Assembly: GCF_964204645.1 (NCBI RefSeq)
Contig: NC_134030.1
Location: 22,404,210-22,468,209, forward strand
Source: Tubulanus polymorphus
Lineage: Eukaryota; Animalia; Nemertea
Reading direction: 5' to 3'
DNA length: 64,000 nucleotides
The stretch's first letter is position 1. Each line of letters starts with the position of its first letter. This document shows, one piece after another, positions 52,729-64,000 of the stretch. A program made the position numbers and the translations under genes. Below the pieces are notes generated by a model. It was not told where the DNA came from. It ran no database searches and worked only from the letters and a program-made list of their open reading frames with translations.

Positions 52729-53813
52729 GTGGTGACTGACATAGGATTTAAGTTTGTCTGGTCAGTGTGGTGACCATTTCGCTGTGGTGACCAGTCGGGC
52801 GTGGTGACTGGTGATCAGTCAGGTGCGGTAACTGGTGGCCAGTCAGGTGTGGTGTCTGGTGATCAGTCAGGTGTCGTAACTGATGGCCTGTCAGGTGTGG
52901 TGAGGAGCTCAAACTACTCCCACTTCAATTCTTAATGATGAAAAAAGTTTCTGTTTCTGCCAGAGATTTAAAGTAAGGCCCTTTTGTCGTAAATTGTCTA
53001 AAATCAGAGTTTGAATTCACTCTTGATACCAGATACCTTGATATAATCTCAAACTGGATCGAAACCTCAGTTGCCCTTTAGATACTGAATGTATCTGTGT
53101 GGTTTTGTACACGCCGCGACTCCTATACCCGTCAGGAGACAAGACTATTCTCCTATACCCGTCAGGAGACAAGACTATTCTCCTATACCCGTCAGGAGAC
53201 AAGACATCCTCCTATACCCGTCAGGAGACAAGACTATTCTCCTATACCCATCAGGAGACACCGTGGTTGAGAAAATGGTCCCATATGTGTAACAAGTGGG
53301 AACTGATGCATTTGTGGCTACTGTTTCATGTTTATTTTCGACTCATTGAGACATGATGATTCAACCCCCTGTTACCGAAAGATTTGGAGTCTTTTCTAAA
53401 ACAAAGAATAACCCTAGAATTATATATACACTGGAAAACAATATCCATAGACTAGAACTCTCGTCAACAAAACCCCGGAGCGCATAGTTGATTTAAAATT
53501 TGTCTTTTTATTTTAATATTTCAAAAAGCAGTAACGAACAACATTGACTTCAGATTTAGGATAGAATATTCTATGATAATCCAGCAACAGATAAACCCTA
53601 TATTCGCTGAACAACCAACTTTCTTATCTGGATGATTAATGGGAATCAATGAAATTAAAAAATGCTAAAAAAGCAAGAACGAAATTCATCGTTTTAGAAA
53701 ACAGATTCGTTATCAAATAAAGCTTTTGAATCGACAACAATCGATTACTTTTTTGATTAAACCTAAAACCCAAAATTCGTTTTTGCATGAATAGATCCTG
53801 AAAATTAGACTAC

Positions 53814-54210
53814 GTAGAACCAGGGAGGTGGGAGTGAACGAAGAACCAGGGAGGTGGGAGTGAACGTAGAACCAGGGAGGTGGGAGTGAACGTAGAACCA
53901 GGGAGGTGGGAGTGAACGTAGAACCAGGGAGGTGGGAGTGAACGTAGAACCAGGGAGGTGGGAGTGAACGTAGAACCAGGGAGGTGGGAGTGAACGTAGA
54001 ACCAGGGAGGTGGGAGTGAACGTAGAACCAGGGAGGTGGGAGTGAACGTAGAACCAGGGAGGTGGGAGTGAACGTAGAACCAGGGAGGTGGGAGTGAACG
54101 TAGAACCAGGGAGGTGGGAGTGAACGTAGAACCAGGGAGGTGGGAGTGAACGTAGAACCAGGGAGGTGGGAGTGAACGTAGAACCAGGGAGGTGGGAGTG
54201 AACGAAGAAC
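53814..54210. repeat. 26-bp G-rich minisatellite (~15 copies); a separate 32-bp array at 53120-53260
   Basis: Unit GTAGAACCAGGGAGGTGGGAGTGAAC. Confidence 0.97.
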
Positions 54211-55264
54211 GAAGTTAATCAGAGACCCGAGAGGCTGCGCGCGCAGGTTACTTGATCAGTATATAATAGTATGGTCTGGAAATTTTGGTGCATAATCCTG
54301 AATTCGCTAAAAGTTCAAGTTCAAATCTATTTCATAGAATGCTTAAGTTTAGTCGTCGATAGAATTATTCATTCAAAACAAACTAGTGAGGAATAATGTG
54401 TGGAATTTGACTCTAGTTTATTCCTCGCATGCCACAGTTAGATAGCGAGGCCGTGTTTCATCTCAACCGTTCAGTGCTGCCCCTATGAATGACGATAGCG
54501 GAATTTCTGTGAACTAAGATCTCCCCGATTTCATCAACGTCAATGATTTATCTGGCACGCGAGTATAATGCTAGTTCTCGTTTTTTCCGCTGTCGTTATA
54601 CGCAGCGGCAGCACCGGACGGTCGAGATCCGACCTCCTCGCTATTTTTACGGTGGCGGGTGAATTGTTTCAATCATTATGATTCCATCAACGCTTAATGC
54701 GTTATTTCATAAAATACATCTTTGAATGAATTCTTAAAGCTTCTTTTGATTAGAAATGATTCTCAATTTGTGTTTTTTTTCGAACTAGACGCTTCACTTC
54801 ATACTCATCTAATCATTTCTGAATCCAGCGTGTCTGAGTGGTTGTCGTGTAAAATTAATTGAGTTCGGCAAGAATTTTATTGATATTTTATAGATAGGAG
54901 ATATGAACAAGTTAACAGTCAATTCTTGGAGAGCGCTATAAAATACCGATAAGTCACCCGATCACTTGATCGACACAAACGAAATTGAACTCATTTTTTT
55001 AAATCATCAAAACAAACTCGATATTCATAATCTAAATCACGTGTTAATATTACGTCTGTATTTAACGACGACGACCTATTTTTGAAACGGTAAAATTCTT
55101 ACCGAACTGGTTTTTGCCGCGCAACCCGCACTTCGTACAGTTACTATTTATAGACGCATATCACGGAACCCTGGAAATACCACTTGATTGTTCTTATTGG
55201 AAACTTATGCAACGCCTAAAAGGTATTAGTTTGTTTTTGGTGGGCGTATGCTGAACGTCTGAAC

Positions 55265-57056
55265 ATGGCTACCAGTAATCCTGATCGCTTTGAACTTTCC
55301 GTTTCTTTCCAAGGACGTCGCGTTAATGTTTGGTCCGATGAGGATAATGTCTACAGGACGATACAAAATTACTTTTATCAGCCGTTGTTTAATTTGGAAT
55401 CAGATCGGATAACTGTGGATGGAAATTTATTACAACTAGATATAATTATGTGGAGTGAAGAATTAGAGAATGTAATTAAACACGAACTGAACACCATTTA
55501 CACAGGACATGTAATAGCGGTGCAAATGATGCCGTTTGATGAGGTAAAAATCTATCATTTTCATTTTCACTTTCATCGTCATCCGCGTATGATACTAGAT
55601 GGGTTACCACTGCGAGGTGAGAGACAAATAAAACTATAGTTTTTTTTTCTTTCAGGTGAAATTATCATGGAGAGGAGCGCCACCTGGTGTCGAGATACCG
55701 GATCATCCCATCCCGTTCAATCACCAACCTCAGAATCATGTGTTTGTCGTTAGATGTGAAAGTAAAGAAATGTGTGAAATCTACAAATCGCGACTTCAAC
55801 AATCACCGCAATCGATAGGTTCGGGTCTTGTGATCGGTGCTAGTCGTCACGGGAACGAATACGTGTTTAGAGTGAACACTGAACCGATCATTGGAGCGCA
55901 GACAGTTCGACCAGACATTGATGAATGTCACGATCATGTTAAACTGTTTCATGATAATTTAGTAAATCAATTCTGTCAAATGAAACACACTTTAGAAACA
56001 GTTGAAGAGAGATTGAACCAGGGCTGTACTGAACACCAGCTTGTAGCATTGGAAGCAAAACTGAACAAAACTATCGATGACGCGATAGGGGGAACTACTG
56101 GTGACGTCATAGGGAGAATTGATGAATTAGAAAGATCTACTGATGATCTCACATGCCATATGGAACATGACGTCATCGATTCATTGATGATCAATACACA
56201 GGTTCAGATAGACTTCTCACCCGTTCTAGTGACGTCACTACCTGGTGGGCACGTGGGTCGACAGTCACGTGTAATATGTGCGGACTGGGGGTCCAGCAAT
56301 ATTTATTACATGGATGATGATAACGTAATGAAGAGATACGTTAAGTGTAATGGCCGTGTTATAGGACTCCTTAATGATAATTACGGACATCTGTTTGTAC
56401 TCGTGAAGAAAAAGACGAAATTCTACCTGAGAAAATATAAAAATCGAGACAAACTGATTCAAGATGGTATCAATGATATCCTGCCTCATTTTACAACCCT
56501 AGTAATCAGTGGTGACAATATCTATATACAGTCAGGGAGGGACATTCGTGTTTTACATTTACTAGAAAACCCTAAAAACAGTTTGATAGATAGAAACCGA
56601 GTGAATAAATATCAGCTCCCGGATGGAGAGTACAGTCATTTCAATTGTTTCACTGTCGACTCACGGGGACGGATGTTCGTTTATTGTAATCGTACGAATA
56701 GTTTTTTATTTTTAACAGCAGAAGCAAAACCGATCAGTTCTATTGATATCAAAGATTGCGGGCTTACATTCGATCCAAGGCGGGGACGCCCGTGCATTAT
56801 AAGTGATAAACACGTATTATTATCGGTAAACCCTGGATACCCTGATTGCAGAGGAGCTGTGATGAGTTTCAGATATAATGATCAGGGGTTCATAGATCGC
56901 CCGCGTATAGTACTGAACTCAACAGACAGTGTGACATGTCAGATATATCAAGTGCGTGACAGCAACACTGTAGCTATCCGTCACTATGATGACAGAAATG
57001 ATCGACACTCATTGAGAATTTATAATATAAACAATATACATGCTCTTACGAAATAA
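55265..57056 (+). CDS. Uncharacterised 559-aa protein, paralog A (N-terminal alpha/beta domain, coiled coil, predicted NHL-like beta-propeller); exons 55265-55543 and 55656-57056
   Basis: Two ORFs joined in frame by GAG|GTAAAA...TTTCAG|GTG. Heptad-like central region; beta-rich C-terminus with FTVDSRGRMFV. A second intact copy lies 5 kb downstream. Confidence 0.8.
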
Positions 57057-57593
57057 AATCAGTTTACATGTAGTTTACCGAACTATACAGACAGTGTGGT
57101 GTGTGACAGTAACACTGTAAGTGCTGTCTATCGCTATGATTAAGTAATAAACATGAATCACTTGTATAGAGTCAACAAGAGACCAGCCGGTTTGAAGTAT
57201 AGAGACTTTATAAAACCGGTGTACAATCGAGTAGAACAGATTTGACCTCCGTAATCAATCATCCTGATTTCATACCGATATTGATTAACAACAAACGATA
57301 AGTTTCTAAAGTTTATTACTGTAATAATAAAAAGATGAGGAAAGTACGTGTCACGTGACATATTCTTAGCTCTATAAGGCTGAAAAATGATACCATGTTT
57401 CTCCAAATTGGCCGGGTCAATTTTGTAAACTGCAATAAGATTTGTAATCAGTTTATTTCTATAGCTTATATGGGTCTGTTCTGGCAAGCCTGAATATGAT
57501 TTTTTTTAAAGTTATGTACAGGGTAGATATAGGCAGCCGGTCGGGTCAATTTTTAAACTCAGCGGACGTAGAGACAAGGTATCATTTTAATAC

Positions 57594-57821
57594 GATAAAA
57601 ACCCACTATCTACAGATTAAAAGAATTTAAAAACAAGAATTTATTTATTCAATCTAAAATATATAGAATACACGACGTTTCGATCTCACCCTAGAAATCA
57701 TCGCCAGGTGTGATGATCTCTAGGGTGAGATCGAAACGTCGTGTATTCTATATATTTTAGATTGAATAAATAAATTCCTGTTTTTAAATTCTTTTAATCT
57801 GTAAATAGTGGGTTTTTTATC
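57594..57821. mobile_element. Penelope-like retroelement terminal-repeat remnant in inverted arrangement, with a minimal hammerhead motif
   Basis: Near-perfect inverted arms of ~108 bp. The minus strand reads ACAC-CTGGCGA-T-GATTTC-TAGGGT-GAGATC-GAAAC-GTC-GTGT. Confidence 0.7.
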
Positions 57822-58549
57822 TTATTATCCGTTCACCACGTTTCAGTGCACAGGTTATCGTTCTATAAGGTATAATTTTATTAGCGTAAAATGATAGTTA
57901 ATAAAAGTTCGTAGAGTTAATTTTGATGATCTTCAACTTTACAGGAAATACATGTATCTTATCGCCATTAAGAAGCAACTCAGTTAGAAATGTTATCTTT
58001 AAGAAAACTAGGAGTTCATAGGGACACTTGGATGGAGTGCTCGACGACTCCAATATTCAACAACCCGGTGAACGAATACCAGTAACCACTTAACCTTAGA
58101 ATTCATCACAATAATCTGCACGTGGATCTGATACATTGACAGTGACCGATTCTTGTGGGCGGGTAAGAGGGGGACTGCATGGTCCACGGTTATAAACAGT
58201 AGAACCATCTGGTCGCTCGGAAGGCTTCCACCTATAAGGCGCTGATGATGTATATTGTCTTCTAGGGTATTCAATTTGTTGTCTTAACGAATAATTTTTG
58301 TATTATAGAACCTGCCATGAGCTAGATTTAATTGCGGTGACAAAAAGTGCATGGTGCCAATTTATATCTGGAAATACCATGTGGGCTAAAAAGGTGCACT
58401 TTTAGAAGATTTAACTTTGACTCATTTATTGTAAATTGGTGAAAGAGTATAAACACCAGATTCGACAAAATAAATGAATTTCATTTTGATAGTTCTATAA
58501 TATTTCGACACTTTTTTGTTCAATTTTTGCGCAACAATGTTGGTTTTAT

Positions 58550-59032
58550 TCAAATCTCGGAATCATCGAGCTGGCCATTATCCTGATGATCTTGTTGCTC
58601 CTCATCCTGATGATCTTGTTGCCCCTCATGTTGATCATCCTGTAGCCCCTCATACCTCTCACCACGTTGCCCCTCATTGTGATCATCCAGCAGCCCCTCA
58701 TGGTGATCGTCCTGCTGCACCTCATGATCATCCTGCTGCCCCTCACCCTGATCACCATCATGCTTCCCCTCACCAGTCACCTTGACATATTGTATTAACT
58801 CAATTTTCAAATTCTGCTGGAAATGATTTTGAGCCGCATTTGAGGTTTCATCCTGATCACGATCTTCAAATGGGATTGGCCCAGACTGATCAGCACCATC
58901 AGTTTGTGATCTCAGGGTCGCTTCTTCAGCATCTGTATCTTCGGCTGCTGCAGCAGGTGCGTGACTCGTGCTACATCGAAAATTCACCACTACCAGAAAA
59001 ACGACGAATTTCAGGGTTGTCATCAGATACAT
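58550..59032 (-). CDS. Putative small acidic His/Gln/Asp-rich repeat protein, possibly secreted
   Basis: 160-aa ORF with a hydrophobic N-terminus (MTTLKFVVFLVVVNF) and degenerate 8-residue repeats (DDHxEGQQ). The hydrophobic start could instead be a polypyrimidine tract and acceptor. Confidence 0.4.
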   Translation of the reverse strand: MYLMTTLKFVVFLVVVNFRCSTSHAPAAAAEDTDAEEATLRSQTDGADQSGPIPFEDRDQDETSNAAQNHFQQNLKIELIQYVKVTGEGKHDGDQGEGQQDDHEVQQDDHHEGLLDDHNEGQRGERYEGLQDDQHEGQQDHQDEEQQDHQDNGQLDDSEI

Positions 59033-60292
59033 TAATTATTCGAGACCAAGTAAAGAATGACTGAAATTATAAACAAACTAAATCTCAGTTGTGTTCAGCA
59101 TATATAAATATACAATATTGAGAGGGTGTGGTCTATCTGATATGTAGCGAGTGTGACAATGACTGTCTTATGCGGCACTGGCATGTAGGTAATTCTAACA
59201 TACTCTGGCAAGTGAGGAATTTAACTTTTCTCATTTTACGATCATCTCCCGCCAGGGATTCGAACCCGCTACGCTAAAGCCGTTCCCATCACGACTGGTC
59301 CTTACCAGCCGCAAGAACTGGCCTAAGCAAACTGATATAACACTGTTCCCTACGAAACAAGATCTGACACTTTAGTCATGTTATTTGAATATCTAATAGT
59401 AAAATCAATAACCCGTTACTTGAACACGTACCTTACTACGTCACACTCTCGCGGGCGATAGGTAAACAACACTCACCTTCAGCTTCCGCGAGTTGTTACT
59501 TTAAACGTCTGTCTATGTCAACTCCGAATAACACCATCTGTTCCCCATAAAATACAATTCAAATTCTTTTTTAAACAGTCATAACTGTCATAACATCGGA
59601 TAGTGATCGCAATATAACTATAAATTTTTTCAGTTAGATAAATGAGAAACTTACGAGTTCTCTAATTCTGCAGCAGCCGTTTCTACGATATCATCATCAG
59701 TCAGCAGATCGAAGATAACTAGACACTGATAATTCAACCACACATTTATGAAGATGAAAATTCTATACCATATGTGAGTAGCCTCTACAATTGAGACCCC
59801 GAACGTGAATTATTCGCTCGAACTGTTAAACCACGAAATAAGAAGTGTAACCTGTCGTGTCGTTCGAACTAAGTATATTCAGAGTAAACAAGACGAAATC
59901 AAGTTTACCCAGTAATTGGTTGATTAACACCATCGATCTCCACAAGAGTCTCTGCACCGAGCATCGAACTGTTCGACTATATTATACAACGCCTAAGTGT
60001 ATTTACATAATTTCTGGTGTTGGAGGTAACAACATTTAAAAATGGTTTCATTTGTTTATTTTTCTAAATCACGTGTTTGTATTACATCTGTATTTAACGA
60101 CGACGACCTATTTTTGAAACGGTAAAATTCTTACCGAACTGGTTCTTGCCGCACCCGCCTTTTGTATAGTTATAATTCATAGACGCTAAACAGAACCCTG
60201 GAAATATCACCCGATTGTTCCGATATAAAAGTTATGCAACGCCCAAGTTGTGTATTTAGTTTATATTTGATGGTCATCAATAACGCGTCAAC

Positions 60293-62069
60293 ATGGCTAC
60301 CAGTAATCCCGATCGCTTTGAACTGTCCGTTCCTTTCAAAGGGCGTCGCGTTAATGTTTGGTCTGACGAGAATAATGTCTACAGGACGATACAAAATTAC
60401 TTTTATCAGCCGTTGTTTAATTTGGAATCTGATCGGATAACTGTGGATGGAAATCTATTACAACTTGATATAATAATGTGGAGTGAAGAATTAGAGAATG
60501 TTATTAAACACGAACTGAACACCATTTACACAGGACATGTAATAGCGGTGCAAATGATGCCGTTTGATGAGGTAAAAATCTATCATTTTCACTTTTACTT
60601 TCATCGTCACCCGCGTATGATACTAGATGGGTTTCCACTGCGAGGTGAGAGACAAATAAAAATGTGGTTTTCTATTTCAGGTGAAATTAGAATGGAGACA
60701 AACGCCACCTGGTGCGGAGATACCGCATCATCCCATCCCGTTCAATCATCAACCTCAGAATCACGTGTTTGTCGTTAGATGTGAAAATGAAGAAATGTGT
60801 GAAGTCTACAAATCGCGACTTCAACAATCACCGCAATCGATAGGTTCGGGTCTTGTGATCGGTGCTAGTCGCCACGGGAACGAATACGTGTTTAGAGTGA
60901 ACACTGAACCGATCATTGAAGCGCAGACAGTTCGACCAGACATTGATGAATGTCATGATCATGTTAAACTGTTTCATGATAATTTAGTAAATAAATTCTG
61001 TCAATTGAAACTGTCAGTAGAACAACTTGAAGAGAGATTGAACCGGTGCTGTACTGAACAACAACTTGTAGCATTGGAAGTAAAATTGAACAAAACTATC
61101 GATGACGCGATAGGGGGAACTATTGGTGATGTCATAGGGAGAATTGATGAAGTGGAAAGATCTACTGATAACGGCATATTTAATTTAGAACTTGACGTCA
61201 TTGATTCATTGATGACCAGTCAACAAGTTCTGACAGACTTCAGACCAAACCTAGTGACGTCATTACCTGGTGAGCAGACGGGTCGACAGTCACGTATAAT
61301 ATGTGCTGACTGGGAAACCAGTGATATCTATATTAATGCAGTGAATAAATACATAACATGTAGTGGCCGTGTACTAGGACTCGCAACTGATAGTGACGGG
61401 TGTCTATTTGTACTCGTGTGGAAAAACACGAAATTCTACCTGAGAAAATATAAATATCAACAGAAACTGTTACAAGAAGATATTACTAGTATCGTGTCTA
61501 GATTTCAAACCTTAGTAATCAGTGGTCATAGTGTCTACGTGCAGTCAGAAAGAGACGTTCATGTTTTACGTTTGCTAGAAAACCCTGTAAACAGTTTGAT
61601 TGATAGAAACCGAGTGAAGAGATATCAGCTCCCGGATGGGGATTACCGTTTTGTAAAGTGTTTCACTGTCGACTCACGGGGACGGATGTTTGTTTATTGT
61701 ATTCGTTCAAAAAGATTATTATATTTAACAGCAGAAGCGGAATTAATCAGTGTTATTCATATGATGAATTGCGGGCTTACATTCGATCCACATGCGGGAT
61801 CCCCGTGTGTTATAAGTAATAAACATGTATTACTATCGGTAAACCCAGGAAACTGTGATAACAGAGGATCTGTTATTAGTATCAGATATAATAATCAGGG
61901 GTTCATAGATCGCCCGCGTATAGTACTGAACTCTACAGACAGTTTGACATGTGAGATACATCAAGTGTGTGACAGCAACACTGTAGCTATCCGTCACTAT
62001 GATAACAGTAATGAACGACATTCATTGAGAATTTATGATATAAACACTGTTCCTGCTCATAGGCAATAA
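60293..62069 (+). CDS. Uncharacterised 555-aa protein, paralog B; exons 60293-60571 and 60681-62069
   Basis: Same exon structure as 55265-57056 and alignable over its whole length; only in-frame indels between the copies. Confidence 0.8.
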
Positions 62070-62244
62070 GGAGGGCCTGTCCAGGGGCAGACTTTGACAG
62101 GAGCAAAAAATGAAAAGGGCATATTATATACTGAATAGGGCAAGCTAAGTATCCACGCAGCCCAAAAAAGGGTCTAGAAAATCCGAAATTTCAGCACAAT
62201 TTCATGCAATTTTTAGGCACTTGAGGGACATAAGAGAAACCTCA

Positions 62245-62568
62245 AGGCACATTTGTTTGAAATCTGTTTTCACAAACCATTTCAGTTAGTAGGAAAATCG
62301 TCTTTGTTTATACCAGTTTACAAACCGGTTTTGCATAAACCGACGTCTTTATTCAGCCGTAAACGGTTTGCGCAAACCGACTAAAACGTTCACGGAGCAA
62401 CATCAAACCGACTTTTCCAAGATGGCGGAATAAGGAAATTTTCGATGTCAGCTGACTTAAATTGACTTTTCGTTCAGTCCCAATTGTTCACAGTACGGCA
62501 AACCGATTTATGACGCAATAAACCGATTTAAACCGGTTTATACAAACCGATTTCAAACAAATGCGCCT
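62245..62568. mobile_element. MITE (~325 bp) with AAACCG subterminal repeats
   Basis: AGGCACATTTGTTTGAAATC ... GATTTCAAACAAATGCGCCT TIRs and many internal AAACCG motifs. Confidence 0.75.
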
Positions 62569-63463
62569 CCGACTCTACTTGTTTAACGGTGTGTTGTGCG
62601 CAAGACGCTTTGTTTTCTACCCGGTTGCGAAGATCCTCAGTACTAAACGTCACCGTGCTTCTGCGTTACATATTTTAAACGTATAATACTAAAATAGTTT
62701 CCATTACACTCATCGCTATAAGACAACCGTTAATTGTCGTTATACAGAATTGTTTTATTTTTCATACCGAACAAAATGAGAAAATATTTTTCAAGATAAT
62801 GTTAGATTTAAACGTTAGAAATACGCAAATTTTGAGAAAACTCAACAGCGCTTTCAATCCGAACCATGTCTTTATTGTCAGATGTACACATGGAGTAGCT
62901 GGCTACAAGGGTAGGACTGTCTAATTTCAGTATGACTTTCCCTACGCCTCTCTTGGACCAGGTCTGCACTTCCCTGTCGAGTACCGACACATAGTTTCAG
63001 TCTGGTGCAGTGATGAGTTTGGTAGAAAAAAACTCCGTGTATTTTCAAGGTTCAAATCAAACTGAATTTGGATTAAAAACGCAGATGAAATTAGTTCAAT
63101 CCTCGTTCGGGTACCGGCACACACTTGATGGCGTAAAAATACACCGGGTCATCCGTACTGGAAATTGGTTCATTTTCAATGAGATTCTAACTGGATCTTT
63201 AGACGTCCAAATCCGAAAAAAGATGCACTTTCACACTCAGTGATTATAGATTTCACTGAAAATCTATTTACTATTTGGAAAAGTTGAATTCGAATTTAAG
63301 TGAAATGTAGAAGTGAGACTGAAGCTTGATAACCCAGTAACTATTAGGGATACCTGGTAGATCCTCGCATAATACTCACAATGCCACACAATAGTGGTGC
63401 CGGTAACCTAATTGAGTAAAGAGTTGATGAAAAGAATTAGGTGACGTTTATGTCGTCTCGCGT

Positions 63464-63628
63464 CTATTTCTGTCGACAGGGCTTCGAACAAATAGCTGGC
63501 ATCTTATGTCGGCATGGAACATCGTTCCAACGACCACCAATTCGGTACATTTCAACGCAAGGTTCATAAGAACTGAATTTCGTATTACCATTTCCATTCG
63601 GTTCTCCATGCTCCCATTGTCTAAAATC
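63464..63628 (-). CDS. C-type lectin domain, terminal exon (rest of the gene probably lies beyond the window)
   Basis: W..GEPN...EPCVEM...GRWNDVPC......IC signature, with acceptor AG ending the exon at 63628 or 63620. EPN plus WND indicates mannose/GlcNAc-type Ca-dependent binding. Confidence 0.85.
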   Translation of the reverse strand, partial: DFRQWEHGEPNGNGNTKFSSYEPCVEMYRIGGRWNDVPCRHKMPAICSKPCRQK

Positions 63629-63932
63629 CTGCAGCAATACGAATGAAAATATATTATGATTAACCTTTTCGCTGCGTATCACGATCTCAGCCCGTCATAT
63701 ATAGTTAATTGTATATTCATGTATAGCACTATTATTCATTGCACAACTCATGTACGCGCAGACCAGACTACTTTAACTAGTCCTGATTTTTCTGCTGAAG
63801 AAGTGGCGAACAAAACCTTATATCTATAGTTTATACATGTGAAGGACCCGCTTGGGTAACCACAGAACTATAAACTAGCTATGGTATAACCACTGGTCAA
63901 AGAATATGAATAAAATTGGTAAATAGGACTAG

Positions 63933-64000
63933 TTCCATTGGTCTACTGGTTAGCACGCATGCTGTGTACGAGACCCGGGTTCGATCCCCGGTGATTGTGT
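63933..64000 (+). pseudogene. tRNA-derived fragment (SINE head or pseudogene) at the window edge
   Basis: A box TGGTCTACTGG (63939-63949) and B box/T arm CCGGGTTCGATCCCCGG (~63975-63991); anticodon arm shortened. Confidence 0.6.

Noticed and set aside
55544-55655. Programmed frameshift or two-gene operon between the adjacent ORFs
   Set aside because: A canonical phase-0 GT-AG intron joins them in both paralogs.
63933-64000. Functional tRNA gene
   Set aside because: Truncated anticodon arm and no acceptor-stem pairing; kept only as a tRNA-derived fragment.

Overview
Eukaryotic, intron-rich genomic DNA from an invertebrate bilaterian. A lophotrochozoan-like animal is inferred from gene content, GT-AG introns and TTAGGG-like repeats; the species cannot be determined. 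Spliced gene models were rebuilt by hand from splice signals and reading-frame phase. In order: ADAR2/3-type RNA-editing deaminase (+, 6 coding exons), WDR37 (-, 11 exons, tail-to-tail with ADAR), a GT31 beta-1,3-galactosyltransferase (-), XRCC1 (-, 14 exons), a nuclear IkB (IkB-zeta/IkBNS-like) ankyrin gene (+, 8 exons) head-to-head with XRCC1 and carrying several kB sites, TEN1 of the CST complex (-, absent from the ORF track), two tandem paralogous uncharacterised ~560-aa genes (conserved N-terminal domain, predicted coiled coil, divergent predicted beta-propeller), an acidic His/Gln repeat ORF between them, and the last exon of an EPN-type C-type lectin. Non-coding DNA is dense in MITEs, minisatellites, tRNA-derived fragments and hairpins. 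Most notable observations: the uncharacterised paralog pair, a palindrome containing a Penelope-type minimal hammerhead ribozyme, a triplicated splice donor in WDR37, CTCF-like motif arrays in introns, the ADAR-WDR37 linkage also seen in vertebrates, and the XRCC1/nuclear-IkB shared promoter. Protein identities rest on recognised motifs, not on database searches.
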